DNA from: Fimbriimonadia bacterium
Lineage (GTDB): Bacteria; Armatimonadota; Fimbriimonadia; Fimbriimonadales; JABRVX01
Direction of reading: 5' to 3'
Assembly (NCBI GenBank): GCA_041483895.1
Contig: JBGPGO010000006.1
Coordinates: forward strand, 128,001-192,000
DNA length: 64,000 nucleotides
The first letter of the stretch is position 1, and each line of letters begins with the position of its first letter. Shown piece by piece: positions 17,985 through 27,465 of the stretch. The translations under genes and the position numbers were made by a program. Below the pieces are notes generated by a model, which worked only from the letters and a program-made list of their open reading frames with translations, was not told where the DNA came from and made no database searches.

Positions 17985-18628
17985 TGGTTATCGCCATCGA
18001 CGGACCGGCGGGCGCCGGCAAGAGCACCATCGCCAAGCTGATCGCCAAGCGATTCGGCCTGCAATATCTGGACACTGGGGCGATGTACCGCGCGTTCGCG
18101 GTGAAGGCCATGCGTCTGGATATGATCCATGCTTCGCCTGAGGAGTTGGGACTGCTGGCGGAGAAGCTGGACCTGCGATTCGATGGAGACCGGCTCTTCA
18201 TGGACGGCGAGGACGTTTCCGAAGCCATCCGCCAGCCGGTCATCAGCGAACTATCTTCCGCCCTGTCAGTCCACCCTCCCGTACGGCGGGCACTGGTCGC
18301 GCTGCAGCAAACGATGATTGCGTCGGGCGGCTGGACGCTCGAAGGTCGGGATACGACAACGGTGGTTGCCCCCGACGCCGACATAAAGCTGTATCTGGAC
18401 GCCTCCCCAAAAGTGCGGGCTTCCCGCCGGACGAAGGAGCTGCGGGAACGCGGGATTTCCGCGGATACCACCGAGGTGCTCTCTCACATGATGTCCAGGG
18501 ATGCCCGGGATAAAAGCCGCGCCGATTCTCCCCTGACCATCGCTCCGGATGCGGACCTTGTGATCACGGATGATTTGACGATTGAAGAGGTGTTTCAACG
18601 GGTGGATGCGCTGGTGAAGCGGCGGTGA
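17984..18628 (+). CDS. cmk: Cytidylate kinase
   Basis: IAIDGPAGAGKST, LDTGAMYR, EGRD, RD.RD. Confidence 0.96.
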   Translation: MVIAIDGPAGAGKSTIAKLIAKRFGLQYLDTGAMYRAFAVKAMRLDMIHASPEELGLLAEKLDLRFDGDRLFMDGEDVSEAIRQPVISELSSALSVHPPVRRALVALQQTMIASGGWTLEGRDTTTVVAPDADIKLYLDASPKVRASRRTKELRERGISADTTEVLSHMMSRDARDKSRADSPLTIAPDADLVITDDLTIEEVFQRVDALVKRR

Positions 18629-19314
18629 ATCTGGCCGCCTACAAGTTCGGGCGCTCGACCTTTCGCGGCATTTGCGCTCTCTACGGCGGCTTGGAATGGG
18701 TTCATGAAGAGCGGGTGCCGAAGACGGGGCCGCTCATCGTCGCTCCCAACCACGTCAGCTTCGCCGATCCACATGCGGTCGGTTCCGCCACCACGAGGGT
18801 CCTGCGCTTCATGGCGAAAAAGGAGCTGTTCGCGCCGGTGTTGCGAAATATCTTGCTGGCTTGGGGAGCGTTTCCAGTCGATCGCGGCGGCACGGACCTA
18901 TCCGCCATCCGATTGACGCTGGATCTGTTGGGGCAGGGAGAGGCAGTGCTGGTCTTCCCGGAGGGCACGCGGGGGGATGGGAAGACGCTCCAGATGCCGA
19001 ACCAAGGGGTCGCTATGCTGGCGAAACGTTCGGGCGCGCCGGTGATCCCGGTTGGCGTTGTTGGGACGGCCAAATTCCTGCCGCGTGGAGCGAAGATGCT
19101 CCATCGGTCGAAGATGTCCATTATCTGGGGCGAGCCGTTCACCTACGCCGAGGTAGCCGGCGGCCTTACGGATAAAGAGGCCCGCGACCGTTTTGCCTGC
19201 GAATTGATGACCCGGATTCGGGACTTGATTGGCGAGCGGGGACCGGCGCCTGCGATGCCCCGGGAATTTACGACGCCACGGGAACGTCCGACCGTTGCGC
19301 CGAATGGATGCTGA
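18625..19314 (+). CDS. plsC: 1-acyl-sn-glycerol-3-phosphate acyltransferase
   Basis: NHVSFAD, FMAKKELF, FPVDR, FPEGTR; follows cmk. Confidence 0.9.
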   Translation: MNLAAYKFGRSTFRGICALYGGLEWVHEERVPKTGPLIVAPNHVSFADPHAVGSATTRVLRFMAKKELFAPVLRNILLAWGAFPVDRGGTDLSAIRLTLDLLGQGEAVLVFPEGTRGDGKTLQMPNQGVAMLAKRSGAPVIPVGVVGTAKFLPRGAKMLHRSKMSIIWGEPFTYAEVAGGLTDKEARDRFACELMTRIRDLIGERGPAPAMPREFTTPRERPTVAPNGC

Positions 19315-20338
19315 TCTGGGCGGCCAACTTTCCGGCTAATGCGTGGAACGCCGCGGCTTGCGGTCGTTCCGGGTGGGCAATAACGCTCGGCGTACCCAAA
19401 TCGCTGGATTCCCCGATGATGGGATCGAGCGGGATGCTCCCCAGGAACGGAACATCGAACATCTCCGCCAGCTCTTGTCCGCCCGGGCCTGGGAATACTT
19501 CCGACTCCTTGCCGCAGTGGGGACAGATGAACCCCTTCATGTTCTCGATCACGCCAATCACTGGCGAATCCAGCTTCCGGAACATGACAATGGATTTGGC
19601 CGCGATTCTTGCGGCCACCTCTTGCGGAGTCAGTACGATCACGACACCGGAAAGGGGCACCAGTTGGGCGGTGGACATGGGCGCATCCCCCGTTCCAGGC
19701 GGCAGGTCGGCGATCAGATAGTCCAGCTCACCCCACTCCACGTCTCCAAGCAGCTGTTTGACCGTTCCGGCGATAATCGGTCCCCGCCACATGGCCGCCT
19801 GGTCGTCGGCGAGCAGGAATCCGAGCGACATGATCTTGATGCCGTACTTTTCGACAGGAATCAGTTTTTGGTTCGTGACAGCCGGCTTTGCGCCATGCAC
19901 ACCCATCATGCGGGGGATGCTGGGGCCGTACACATCCATATCCACAATACCGACCTTCGCCCCAGTTGCCGCCAGAGCGATGGCCAGGTTGCAGCTCACC
20001 GTGCTTTTCCCCACGCCGCCCTTGCCGCTCGCGACGGCGATCACATGCTTGACGGATGGCAGCAGGTCCCCGACATCCTCCCGCCCCTTCGTTACCTGGG
20101 CGGTCATTGTAACGTTGACTTCATCTACTTCTGGAAGGGCGAGCACAGTCTGGCGACATTCATCCTCCAGCAACTCCTTGACGGGGCATGCGGGCGTGGT
20201 CAATTGGACTGTAAAGGCGACGTTGCCGCCGCAGATCTTCACGTCCTTGACAAACCCCAGGTCAACGATGCTCCGTCCAAGGTCCGGGTCTTGGACGGTC
20301 TGGAGGGCGCTCAAAATCATTTCTTCAGTTACGGGCAT
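19268..20338 (-). CDS. mrp: Mrp/ApbC/NBP35 Fe-S cluster carrier ATPase
   Basis: N-terminal DUF59 (DPDLG..IVDLG, LTTPACP), SGKGGVGKST, DLPPGTGD, ENM..FICPHC. Confidence 0.93.
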   Translation of the reverse strand: MPVTEEMILSALQTVQDPDLGRSIVDLGFVKDVKICGGNVAFTVQLTTPACPVKELLEDECRQTVLALPEVDEVNVTMTAQVTKGREDVGDLLPSVKHVIAVASGKGGVGKSTVSCNLAIALAATGAKVGIVDMDVYGPSIPRMMGVHGAKPAVTNQKLIPVEKYGIKIMSLGFLLADDQAAMWRGPIIAGTVKQLLGDVEWGELDYLIADLPPGTGDAPMSTAQLVPLSGVVIVLTPQEVAARIAAKSIVMFRKLDSPVIGVIENMKGFICPHCGKESEVFPGPGGQELAEMFDVPFLGSIPLDPIIGESSDLGTPSVIAHPERPQAAAFHALAGKLAAQISIHSAQRSDVPVAS

Positions 20339-20354
20339 ATCGTCGGAGTCTACC

Positions 20355-20384
20355 TTGACTTGACCCTAGCGGCTGCGTTATACT
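20355..20384 (+). promoter_or_regulatory. Sigma70-type promoter of the infC operon
   Basis: TTGACT-18 bp-TATACT. Confidence 0.7.
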
Positions 20385-20428
20385 GCCTAGGCATTTTGAA
20401 GGAGGCGAATCAGCCTAGGTGAGTAAAA

Positions 20429-21049
20429 ATAAGGCCGAGTAATAGGCGCGACCAGCGACCCCCTGAGCGCACCATGATGAACGAGCGGATATTCCGCCTG
20501 GGTGAGCTCGTAGTGATCAACTCCCGCGGCGAAAATCTCGGCACAATGGACGCGCGTGCCGCATACGATCTTGCCCGAAAGGAAGATTTGGACATCGTCG
20601 TGGTAAATTTGACAGCCCGTCCGCCTGTGGCTCGTATTCTGGATTACGGAAAGTATCAGTACGAGCAAGAGAAGCGGGAAAAAGAATCGTCCAAGAAGTC
20701 GACGAAAAGCGAGCTCAAGGGCATTCGGCTTCGGCCAGGCACGGATGAGCACGATGTCAACACGAAGCTGAAGAACGCCATTCGGTTCTTGCAGGAAGGC
20801 GACAAGGTGAAGGTGACGGTCACTTTCCGCAGCAGGGAGATCACGAGGCCGGAGATGGGCCGCAGGGTTCTGCAACAGTTCGTTGATGGCGCGGTTGACG
20901 TGGCGATTGTGGAAAAAGACCCTAAAATGGAAGGCAGAATGATGTCGCTGATTTTGAGCCCGAAGCCGGGCGCCGCGAGAGCCAGAGCACATCAGGACGC
21001 GCCGCCGGCAGAAGAGACGACATCGGAGGAGAAAAGTGCCGAAGTTTAA
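20429..21049 (+). CDS. infC: Translation initiation factor IF-3 (probable ATA start at 20429; first ATG at 20474)
   Basis: NERI, PPVARILDYGKYQYE, LRPGTDEHD, GDKVKV..FRSRE; SD AGGTGA 6 nt before the in-frame ATA. Confidence 0.95.
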   Translation: MRPSNRRDQRPPERTMMNERIFRLGELVVINSRGENLGTMDARAAYDLARKEDLDIVVVNLTARPPVARILDYGKYQYEQEKREKESSKKSTKSELKGIRLRPGTDEHDVNTKLKNAIRFLQEGDKVKVTVTFRSREITRPEMGRRVLQQFVDGAVDVAIVEKDPKMEGRMMSLILSPKPGAARARAHQDAPPAEETTSEEKSAEV

Positions 21050-21233
21050 GACGCGAAAAACCGCCCTGAAGCGGTTCAAAATAAGCGGAACCGGGAAGCT
21101 CATCCGCCGGAAGGCGTATGACAACCATATGTTCTTACACAAAGGCAGCTCACAGAAGCGGCGTCTTGGGCAGGACGCGACTCTCACTCCGGCATTTGAA
21201 AAGCGCATGAAGCGGCTGATAGGATTGAAATAG
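21036..21233 (+). CDS. rpmI: 50S ribosomal protein L35
   Basis: MPKFKTRKTALKRFKISGTGK; synteny. Confidence 0.96.
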   Translation: MPKFKTRKTALKRFKISGTGKLIRRKAYDNHMFLHKGSSQKRRLGQDATLTPAFEKRMKRLIGLK

Positions 21234-21581
21234 ATGGCACGAGTAAAACGCGGCGTAACCAGCCATAAGCGGCATAAGAAGATTCTCGAGAGGGCAGAGG
21301 GCTATTGGGGTCAGAAGTCCGGCGTAGTCAACAGGGCCCAAGAGCAGTTGATGAAGTCCGGGATGTACGCCTACCGCGACCGCCGGAATCGGAAACGGCA
21401 GTTCCGCCAGCTATGGATCGTCCGTCTGACGGCGGCCTGCCATGCCCACGATATGAAGTACAGCGAGCTGATTCACAAGCTCGCGGTGAAGGGTGTGGCG
21501 TTGGACCGGAAGGTTTTGTCCGATATGGCCATCCACGACGCGGATGCGTTTACCGCGGTGGTCGGCTTCGTCCGGGCGTAG
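21234..21581 (+). CDS. rplT: 50S ribosomal protein L20
   Basis: MARVKRGV, YAYRDRRNRKRQFRQLWIVR, LDRKVLSDMA. Confidence 0.97.
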   Translation: MARVKRGVTSHKRHKKILERAEGYWGQKSGVVNRAQEQLMKSGMYAYRDRRNRKRQFRQLWIVRLTAACHAHDMKYSELIHKLAVKGVALDRKVLSDMAIHDADAFTAVVGFVRA

Positions 21582-21599
21582 CGCCACGATCGGAATTTC

Positions 21600-21628
21600 A
21601 GCGCCCGCCGACGAAGTCGGCGGGCGCT
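21600..21628 (+). terminator. Strong hairpin after rplT (terminator-like, no clear U-tract)
   Basis: AGCGCCCGCCGAC-GAA-GTCGGCGGGCGCT, perfect 13-bp stem. Confidence 0.5.
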
Positions 21629-21650
21629 TCCAATTATTAGGGTTAGAGAA

Positions 21651-22670
21651 ATGGCAAAGATAGACGAAATTGCGGCTTCGGCCAAGCAGCGGATATCGGC
21701 GGCCGGCTCCACGGCGGAGCTGGACGCGCTGGAGACCGAGTACCTGGGCCGGAAGGGCGCCCTCAGCGAGTTCCTGAAAGGCATCGGCCGGCTTGCCCCT
21801 GAGGAGCGCAAGGACGCCGGGCAGCGGACGAATCAGGTGAAGGGCGAGTTGGAGGCGCTGGTCGCGGTAAAACGGGCCGGGCTGTCTTCGGGCGATCGGG
21901 CGGCCCAGTTGGAGCGGGAGAAGGTCGATATCACGCTTCCCGCCATCCGGCCGCAACATGGCCTGCAGCATGTGCTGACCAACACCGCCGACCAGATTGC
22001 CGCGGCGCTGATCGGGCTGGGGTTCGAGCGGTGGGAAGGGCCGGAGCTGGAGCATTACAAATACAATTTCGGCGCGCTCAACTATCCCGATGAACATCCG
22101 GCGATGGACGACCAGGATACGTTTTGGGTGGATGACGAGCACGTGCTGCGAACCCAGACCACGGCCTTCCAAGGGCATATCTTCGAGACGCGCAAGCCGC
22201 CATTTCGGATTTTCACGATCGGCCGGTGCTTCCGGCATGAGGCGGTGGACCGGACCCATTCGCACACGTTCCACCAGGTGGACGCCTTCATGGTGGACGA
22301 GGGCGTGAGCATGGCGCATCTGAAAGGGACGCTGGGCCAGTTCGCGCGGCTCATGTTCGGGGATGCGGTGCAGGTGCGGTTTCGGCCCGACTTTTTCCCG
22401 TTCGTGGAACCGGGCGTGGACTATGCGATTACCTGCATTTTTTGCGGCGGTTCGGGCTGCCCGGTGTGCAAGAAATCCGGCTGGATCGAGCTGGGCGGGG
22501 CGGGGCTGGTACATCCGAACATCTTGGAGAGCTATGGGATCGACGCGAAACGGTATTCGGGGTTTGCGTTCGGGCTGGGGGTGGAGCGGATTCCGATGCT
22601 GCAATACCGCGTGGACGATTTGCGGCATTTCACGGAGAACGATTTGCGGTTCCTGAAACAGTTCACGTAA
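21651..22670 (+). CDS. pheS: Phenylalanine-tRNA ligase alpha subunit
   Basis: HPAMDDQDTF, LRTQTT, FHQVD, RFRPDFFPFVEP, GFAFGLGVER. Confidence 0.98.
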   Translation: MAKIDEIAASAKQRISAAGSTAELDALETEYLGRKGALSEFLKGIGRLAPEERKDAGQRTNQVKGELEALVAVKRAGLSSGDRAAQLEREKVDITLPAIRPQHGLQHVLTNTADQIAAALIGLGFERWEGPELEHYKYNFGALNYPDEHPAMDDQDTFWVDDEHVLRTQTTAFQGHIFETRKPPFRIFTIGRCFRHEAVDRTHSHTFHQVDAFMVDEGVSMAHLKGTLGQFARLMFGDAVQVRFRPDFFPFVEPGVDYAITCIFCGGSGCPVCKKSGWIELGGAGLVHPNILESYGIDAKRYSGFAFGLGVERIPMLQYRVDDLRHFTENDLRFLKQFT

Positions 22671-22690
22671 CGCTGGCTTCCAGCCGGCAT
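22667..22690 (+). repeat. GTAA-REP-like palindrome (GTAACGCTGGCTTCCAGCCGGCAT), family E1
   Basis: Homologs at 32092 and 32160; supplies the pheS TAA stop. Confidence 0.75.
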
Positions 22691-22725
22691 CGGGAGGTTC
22701 CCGGCGTGCGAGGGGAACGGAAGAA

Positions 22726-22778
22726 CCCCCACCCAACCCTCCCCCTTTTCCAGGCTGACGCCTGAAAAAAGGGGAGGG
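22726..22778. repeat. CCCCCACCCAACCCTCCCC...GGGGAGGG hairpin repeat, family B
   Basis: 53 bp with 2 differences from 39905-39957; shorter variant at 24866-24901. Confidence 0.85.
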
Positions 22779-22800
22779 GGAAGAAAAGCAAGGACAGTTT

Positions 22801-24849
22801 ATGCAAGTAACGCTTGAATGGCTGAAAGAATATATCGAGTTCGACCTTGATGCGGAGAAGACCGCGCATCTGCTGACGATGGCGGGGCTGGAGGTCGAGG
22901 CGATCAAGGATTCGGAATTGGGGCCGGTCCTTGATGTCAAGGTCACGCCGAATCGTGGCGACTGCCTTAGCATCGTCGGGCTGGCGTGGGAGATCATGGC
23001 CAAGCTGGGCGATCAATGCACGCCGACCGAGCTGTGGGCGGAGTTCCGATCCGGTTGGAGCCTGGGCGATAAGAGAGGCGAGAACGAGGCGGCAAAGTTG
23101 GCTTCCGTGACGATTGAGGACGAAAATTTGTGCCCGCGATATGCCGCCCGGCTGGTACGTGGGTTCAGCATCGGCGCGTCAAGCGAACGGCTGCAAAAAC
23201 GGCTGATCGCATGCGGCATGCGGCCGATTTCCAACATCGTTGATGTCACCAACTATGTGATGATTGAGACCGGCCAACCGCTTCATGCGTTCGATCATGA
23301 CAAATTGGCGGAGGGCCGCATCGTCGTTCGACAGGCTAGTCCCGGCGAGAAGATTACCGTTATCGATGGGACGGAGTGTGAGGTCCTGCCTCCGATGTTG
23401 ATGATTTGCGATGCCAAGCGCCCTATTGCAATCGCCGGCGTGATGGGCGGCGCCGACAGCGAGGTAAGCGGAAAAACCACCAACATGCTCCTCGAGTCCG
23501 CCCATTTCTCGCCGACCGGCGTGCGAAAGACCTCCAAAGCGCTTGGCATTCGGACGGAGGCGAGCTATCGGTTTGAGCGGTCCGTGGATCGGGATGTCGT
23601 AATGACCGCTTTGAACCGGGCCGGGATGCTTATTGAGCGCGAAACAGGAGTAGCGCCGGTGCGCGGGTTCATCGATTGCTGGGCGGGAGATGATCTGCCG
23701 TCTGGCGGAGCGCAGTTTGAGGTTTCGGTTAAGCGGGCGTCGGCGTTGCTGGGCATGGAAGTTGATATTGAGACCTGCATCGATTATCTCAGCCGACTCG
23801 GCCTGAGCCTTCGCCCCATAAATGACGATCGAATCGTTGTGGGCGTCCCCGTGCGCCGACCCGATCTCGTCCGCGAAGAGGACATTATCGAGGAGATCGG
23901 GCGAATTCATGGATACGAGCACATTCCCGATGAGCTGCCGATGGGGCGGACGCTGCTCGGCAAGGAGACCCCGACGACCGCGTTTGAGACGGCGGTTCGG
24001 CGGGAGCTGATCGGGATGGGGCTAACGGAAGTTGTGAACCACTCGCTGCGCGCGCCGTCGTCGCTTGACCCGGCGGGGGAGACCATCGGGCCGCGCAACC
24101 CGATGAGCCCGGAGCTGAGCATCTTGCGGCCGTCGCTGCTTCTCGGGCTTGCGGCATCGCTCTTGCACAACGCGCGCCGTGGGAATCCGGACCTAGCGTT
24201 GTTCGAGATCGGACGAGTGTTCGAAGGCATGAAAGAGGTCAAGCACCTGGGAATCATGCTGTGTGGCCGCCGGGTTAGCCCGAATTGGCAGGCCGGTGAA
24301 AAGACCCCGCCGCACGATTTCTTCACGCTCAAGGGATTCCTAGAGACGCTCCTCGATCGAATTGGAGTGACGACGGAGATGGGTCCGGTTGAGAGCCCGC
24401 GGTTTCATCCAGGGAGATCGGCATGCTTCGTCGATCTCGGCATTTTCGGGGCGCTCAGCCCGGATGCCACAAATGCACAGGATTTGCCTGCGGGGACGTT
24501 GGCCGCCGAGCTATCTATGGACGCTTTGTTCGAACGGGCGAAGAGGGAGTACAGCTATACGCCGCCGCCGCGATTTCCGGCGGTGCGGCGGGATTTGGCA
24601 TTCGAAATCGCCAAATCGGTGGTGTATGCGACAATCGAGAAGGCCGTGCGATCCTCCGCCGGTGAGGCGTTGGAGGATGTGCGGCTGTTCGACGTATATG
24701 AGGGCAAAGGGATAGGTGAAGGCAACCACAGCCTGGCCATCGCACTGACCCTGCGGAAGCCGGACGGGACGATGACGGATGAAGAGGCAAACGCGATTCG
24801 AGAACAGGTTTTTGGGACGGTGGAGGGCCTGGGGGCGAGGCGAAGGTAG
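22801..24849 (+). CDS. pheT: Phenylalanine-tRNA ligase beta subunit (compact form)
   Basis: TPNRGDCLS, NIVDVTNYVM.E.GQPLHAFD, RRPDL.REEDIIEEIGR.HGY, FPAVRRDLA, FDVYEG. Confidence 0.97.
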   Translation: MQVTLEWLKEYIEFDLDAEKTAHLLTMAGLEVEAIKDSELGPVLDVKVTPNRGDCLSIVGLAWEIMAKLGDQCTPTELWAEFRSGWSLGDKRGENEAAKLASVTIEDENLCPRYAARLVRGFSIGASSERLQKRLIACGMRPISNIVDVTNYVMIETGQPLHAFDHDKLAEGRIVVRQASPGEKITVIDGTECEVLPPMLMICDAKRPIAIAGVMGGADSEVSGKTTNMLLESAHFSPTGVRKTSKALGIRTEASYRFERSVDRDVVMTALNRAGMLIERETGVAPVRGFIDCWAGDDLPSGGAQFEVSVKRASALLGMEVDIETCIDYLSRLGLSLRPINDDRIVVGVPVRRPDLVREEDIIEEIGRIHGYEHIPDELPMGRTLLGKETPTTAFETAVRRELIGMGLTEVVNHSLRAPSSLDPAGETIGPRNPMSPELSILRPSLLLGLAASLLHNARRGNPDLALFEIGRVFEGMKEVKHLGIMLCGRRVSPNWQAGEKTPPHDFFTLKGFLETLLDRIGVTTEMGPVESPRFHPGRSACFVDLGIFGALSPDATNAQDLPAGTLAAELSMDALFERAKREYSYTPPPRFPAVRRDLAFEIAKSVVYATIEKAVRSSAGEALEDVRLFDVYEGKGIGEGNHSLAIALTLRKPDGTMTDEEANAIREQVFGTVEGLGARRR

Positions 24850-24865
24850 ACTGAACGAAATTGAA

Positions 24866-24936
24866 CCCCCACCCTAACCCTCCCCCGCAAGCGGGAGAGG
24901 GAATCTCGAAGATAGCCGCACGCTTTCGCTTGCGGA
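24866..24936. repeat. Family B hairpin (24866-24901) plus family A REP (24911-24936)
   Basis: CCCCCACCCTAACCCTCCCCCGCAAGCGGGAGAGGG followed by GATAGCCGCACGCTTTCGCTTGCGG. Confidence 0.8.
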
Positions 24937-24943
24937 CAGGAGA

Positions 24944-25267
24944 ATGAAAATGAGAACTTGGATACTAAGTTTGGCTGTGGCGGCAGTGATGGTCGCCGGA
25001 TGCGGCGGATCGAAGGATTCAGGCGGCGGAACCACGGAACCTGAGAGGACCAGTCAGACTTCCGGAGGCGGAGTGAAAGATGTGAGCAACGCGACCCTCG
25101 TCTGCGCTGTGTTGAAGGACAAGATTCCGGACAAATCCAAGGCGCTGCATTCCGATTACAACGGTAAGCGCTACTACTTCTGCTGCCCGATGTGCAAGCC
25201 GAAGTTTGATAAGGACCCGGCGAAGTATTCCAAGGATGCGCCTGTCGGTTCCTACGAGTCACTCTAG
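24944..25267 (+). CDS. YHS-domain lipoprotein (putative metal-binding)
   Basis: Lipobox VAGC; YNGKRYYFCCPMCKPKFDKDPAKY. Confidence 0.82.
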   Translation: MKMRTWILSLAVAAVMVAGCGGSKDSGGGTTEPERTSQTSGGGVKDVSNATLVCAVLKDKIPDKSKALHSDYNGKRYYFCCPMCKPKFDKDPAKYSKDAPVGSYESL

Positions 25268-25333
25268 CAGCGGGTATCCTTTCGTCGGCGGGCAATGACG
25301 CCCGCGAAATCGTCTCAACGAGAGAGCACCCAA

Positions 25334-26452
25334 ATGATTCTTCAGCTAACTGAGCGAGAGAAGCAGTTTCTCGCCACCGTCCGGGAGTTCGTCCGGACCG
25401 ACGTCCTGCCCTACCACCGCGAATGGGAAACCTCCATGTGGCCGGACTCGCTTTTCGACACGATGGCGCGCAACGGCATATTGCACATGGTTGTGCCACA
25501 GTCGCTTGGCGGGATCGGCGTGAGCTGCCAGACCTACGCGGAAGCAGTGCGGGAGATCGCGCGGGGAGACGGCGCGCTCGCGATGAATGTTGCCGCTCTC
25601 AACGCGCTATGCGCGGCTCATTTCGTCGATTTTGTAACCCAAGAGCAGCGAGAAAAATATCTGCCAGGAATTCTGAATGGTTCGATCCGGATGGCGTGGG
25701 GGCTGACCGAGCCGACGGCGGGGAGCGATGCGCGCGGCGTCCAAACCTGGGCCAAGCCAGACCCGGAATTGGGGCCGGACAGATATCGCATGAACGGCCA
25801 GAAGATGTTCATCACCAACGCCGGCCGAGCGCAGCTCATCATCATCATCGCCCGCGTTTCGGATGACGCCTTGGCGCCGTTTCTGCTGGAGACCAGCGAT
25901 CCGGGCTACGAGTTTACGCGGCGTATTCCAACGCTTGGCGTCAAGGCCAGCTTTACCGCGGAATTCAATTTGAAAGACGCCTTAGGTTGGCGTACGCCAG
26001 GGACGTTCGAAGAGGTAACGGGGCTCTTGTATCGGGGCCGGATCGGGATTGCCGGCATGGCGTTGGGCTTGGCGGAGATGGCGTTTGAGTCGGCGGTGGA
26101 GTATTCCAAGCAGCGAGAACAGTTCGGCAAACCGATCTGCAAGAACCAGGCGATTCAATGGATGCTTGCTGATTCGCGGGTGGAGATCGAGGCGGCGCGG
26201 CTCCTGATCCACAAGGCCGCTCGGATGTTCGACGAGGGCCAGCGGGTAGTAGAAGAGGCATCGCATGCGAAGCTGTTCTCGTCGGAGACCGCTCGCAACG
26301 TGACCAACCGGGCGATACAGATATTTGGTGGCCGGGGTTATACTTTGGATTACGATGTGGAGAAGTATTGGCGCGATGCCAAGCTATGCGAGATTGGAGA
26401 AGGCTCTTCTGAAGTCCAGCGTCTTATTATTGCCAAACAGGTCCTGCGTTGA
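25334..26452 (+). CDS. Acyl-CoA dehydrogenase
   Basis: LTEPTAGSDA, NGQKMFITNA, REQFGKPI..NQAIQ, QIFGGRGY, EIGEGSSEVQR; alternative start at 25295. Confidence 0.93.
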   Translation: MILQLTEREKQFLATVREFVRTDVLPYHREWETSMWPDSLFDTMARNGILHMVVPQSLGGIGVSCQTYAEAVREIARGDGALAMNVAALNALCAAHFVDFVTQEQREKYLPGILNGSIRMAWGLTEPTAGSDARGVQTWAKPDPELGPDRYRMNGQKMFITNAGRAQLIIIIARVSDDALAPFLLETSDPGYEFTRRIPTLGVKASFTAEFNLKDALGWRTPGTFEEVTGLLYRGRIGIAGMALGLAEMAFESAVEYSKQREQFGKPICKNQAIQWMLADSRVEIEAARLLIHKAARMFDEGQRVVEEASHAKLFSSETARNVTNRAIQIFGGRGYTLDYDVEKYWRDAKLCEIGEGSSEVQRLIIAKQVLR

Positions 26453-27465
26453 GCTATAGCCCTCCGCCCTCCCAACGGCGGGAGCGGAAGAGGCAGTTCC
26501 GTTTGCGGCCGCTCAATCTTGGGGAGATGTTGGACGAGGGGCTGGCGCTGTACCGGGCGAACGCGAAGCTGTTCCTGTCCGTCGTACTCGTTCCCGCGAT
26601 CTTGACCGGCATCATTTGGTCGATCTGCAATTTGGCATTCATCAACTCTATCGCAGCCTTCGGAACCGGATCGAAAGGCCCTACGGAGCAGCAGATGTTC
26701 CAATTCTTTGGGACGTTTGTTGTCGTTACGTTTGTTGCCGCGCCGATCATATTTCTCTTATGGGCCTATCAGCAGACGGGGCTGACGGTCGCGGTTGCCG
26801 ACCGGTATCTGAATAATCCGGCAACCGGGGCGAGCGTGCGCAAGCGGCTGCATGCGGTCTTTGGCAGAGTGATTGGCGCATATCTTTTGCTCGGCCTTAT
26901 CTTCGGGGCGTTGGTTGCTGGCATCAGCTTCACCGCGACGTTGGCCGCCGCCGGAGTGGCGGCTGCCAATCCGGCGCTTTCGGTCATTCCCGCCCTTCTG
27001 GGATGCTGCTTTATCGTTCCATGCGTCATGATTTTGCTTGTTTTCAGCTCGTTTCTCGGTCCTGCGATAGTGGTGGAGGACCTCGGGGTGAGCGCTGCGC
27101 TTGCCCGATGCTGGAAGCTGACGATGTCGGATTTTTGGCGGGCGCTTGGAATCGTCTTTGTCGTTTCAATCGTCTCGGGGATTCTGTCCATGATCGTTCA
27201 GGCGGCGATTCAGCTGCCGTTTTCGCTGTTCGGCATGGCATCGTTCTTTAGCGACGCCCCGATCAAGACGGACGTGCTCAACACAGCGCTGCAGGGACTG
27301 ATGACGCTATTGCAATCGTCGGCTTCCGCGCTGATTTTGCCGTTTTCCGTCGGCGTCACGGCGCTGCTGTACTTCGATGTTCGAATTCGGAAAGAGGGTT
27401 TTGACATTGAAATGCTCGCAAAGGCGATGGCTCCTGGCGGCGACAATCCTGGCTTTATGCTCTAG
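26449..27465 (+). CDS. Integral membrane protein (GPDPase-membrane-domain-like)
   Basis: LRPLNLGEMLD N-terminus, several TM helices, LLYFDVRIRKEGFD C-terminal motif. Confidence 0.8.
   Translation: MSYSPPPSQRRERKRQFRLRPLNLGEMLDEGLALYRANAKLFLSVVLVPAILTGIIWSICNLAFINSIAAFGTGSKGPTEQQMFQFFGTFVVVTFVAAPIIFLLWAYQQTGLTVAVADRYLNNPATGASVRKRLHAVFGRVIGAYLLLGLIFGALVAGISFTATLAAAGVAAANPALSVIPALLGCCFIVPCVMILLVFSSFLGPAIVVEDLGVSAALARCWKLTMSDFWRALGIVFVVSIVSGILSMIVQAAIQLPFSLFGMASFFSDAPIKTDVLNTALQGLMTLLQSSASALILPFSVGVTALLYFDVRIRKEGFDIEMLAKAMAPGGDNPGFML

Noticed and set aside
21411..23003. 530-aa minus-strand ORF
   Set aside because: Antisense shadow of rplT-pheS-pheT
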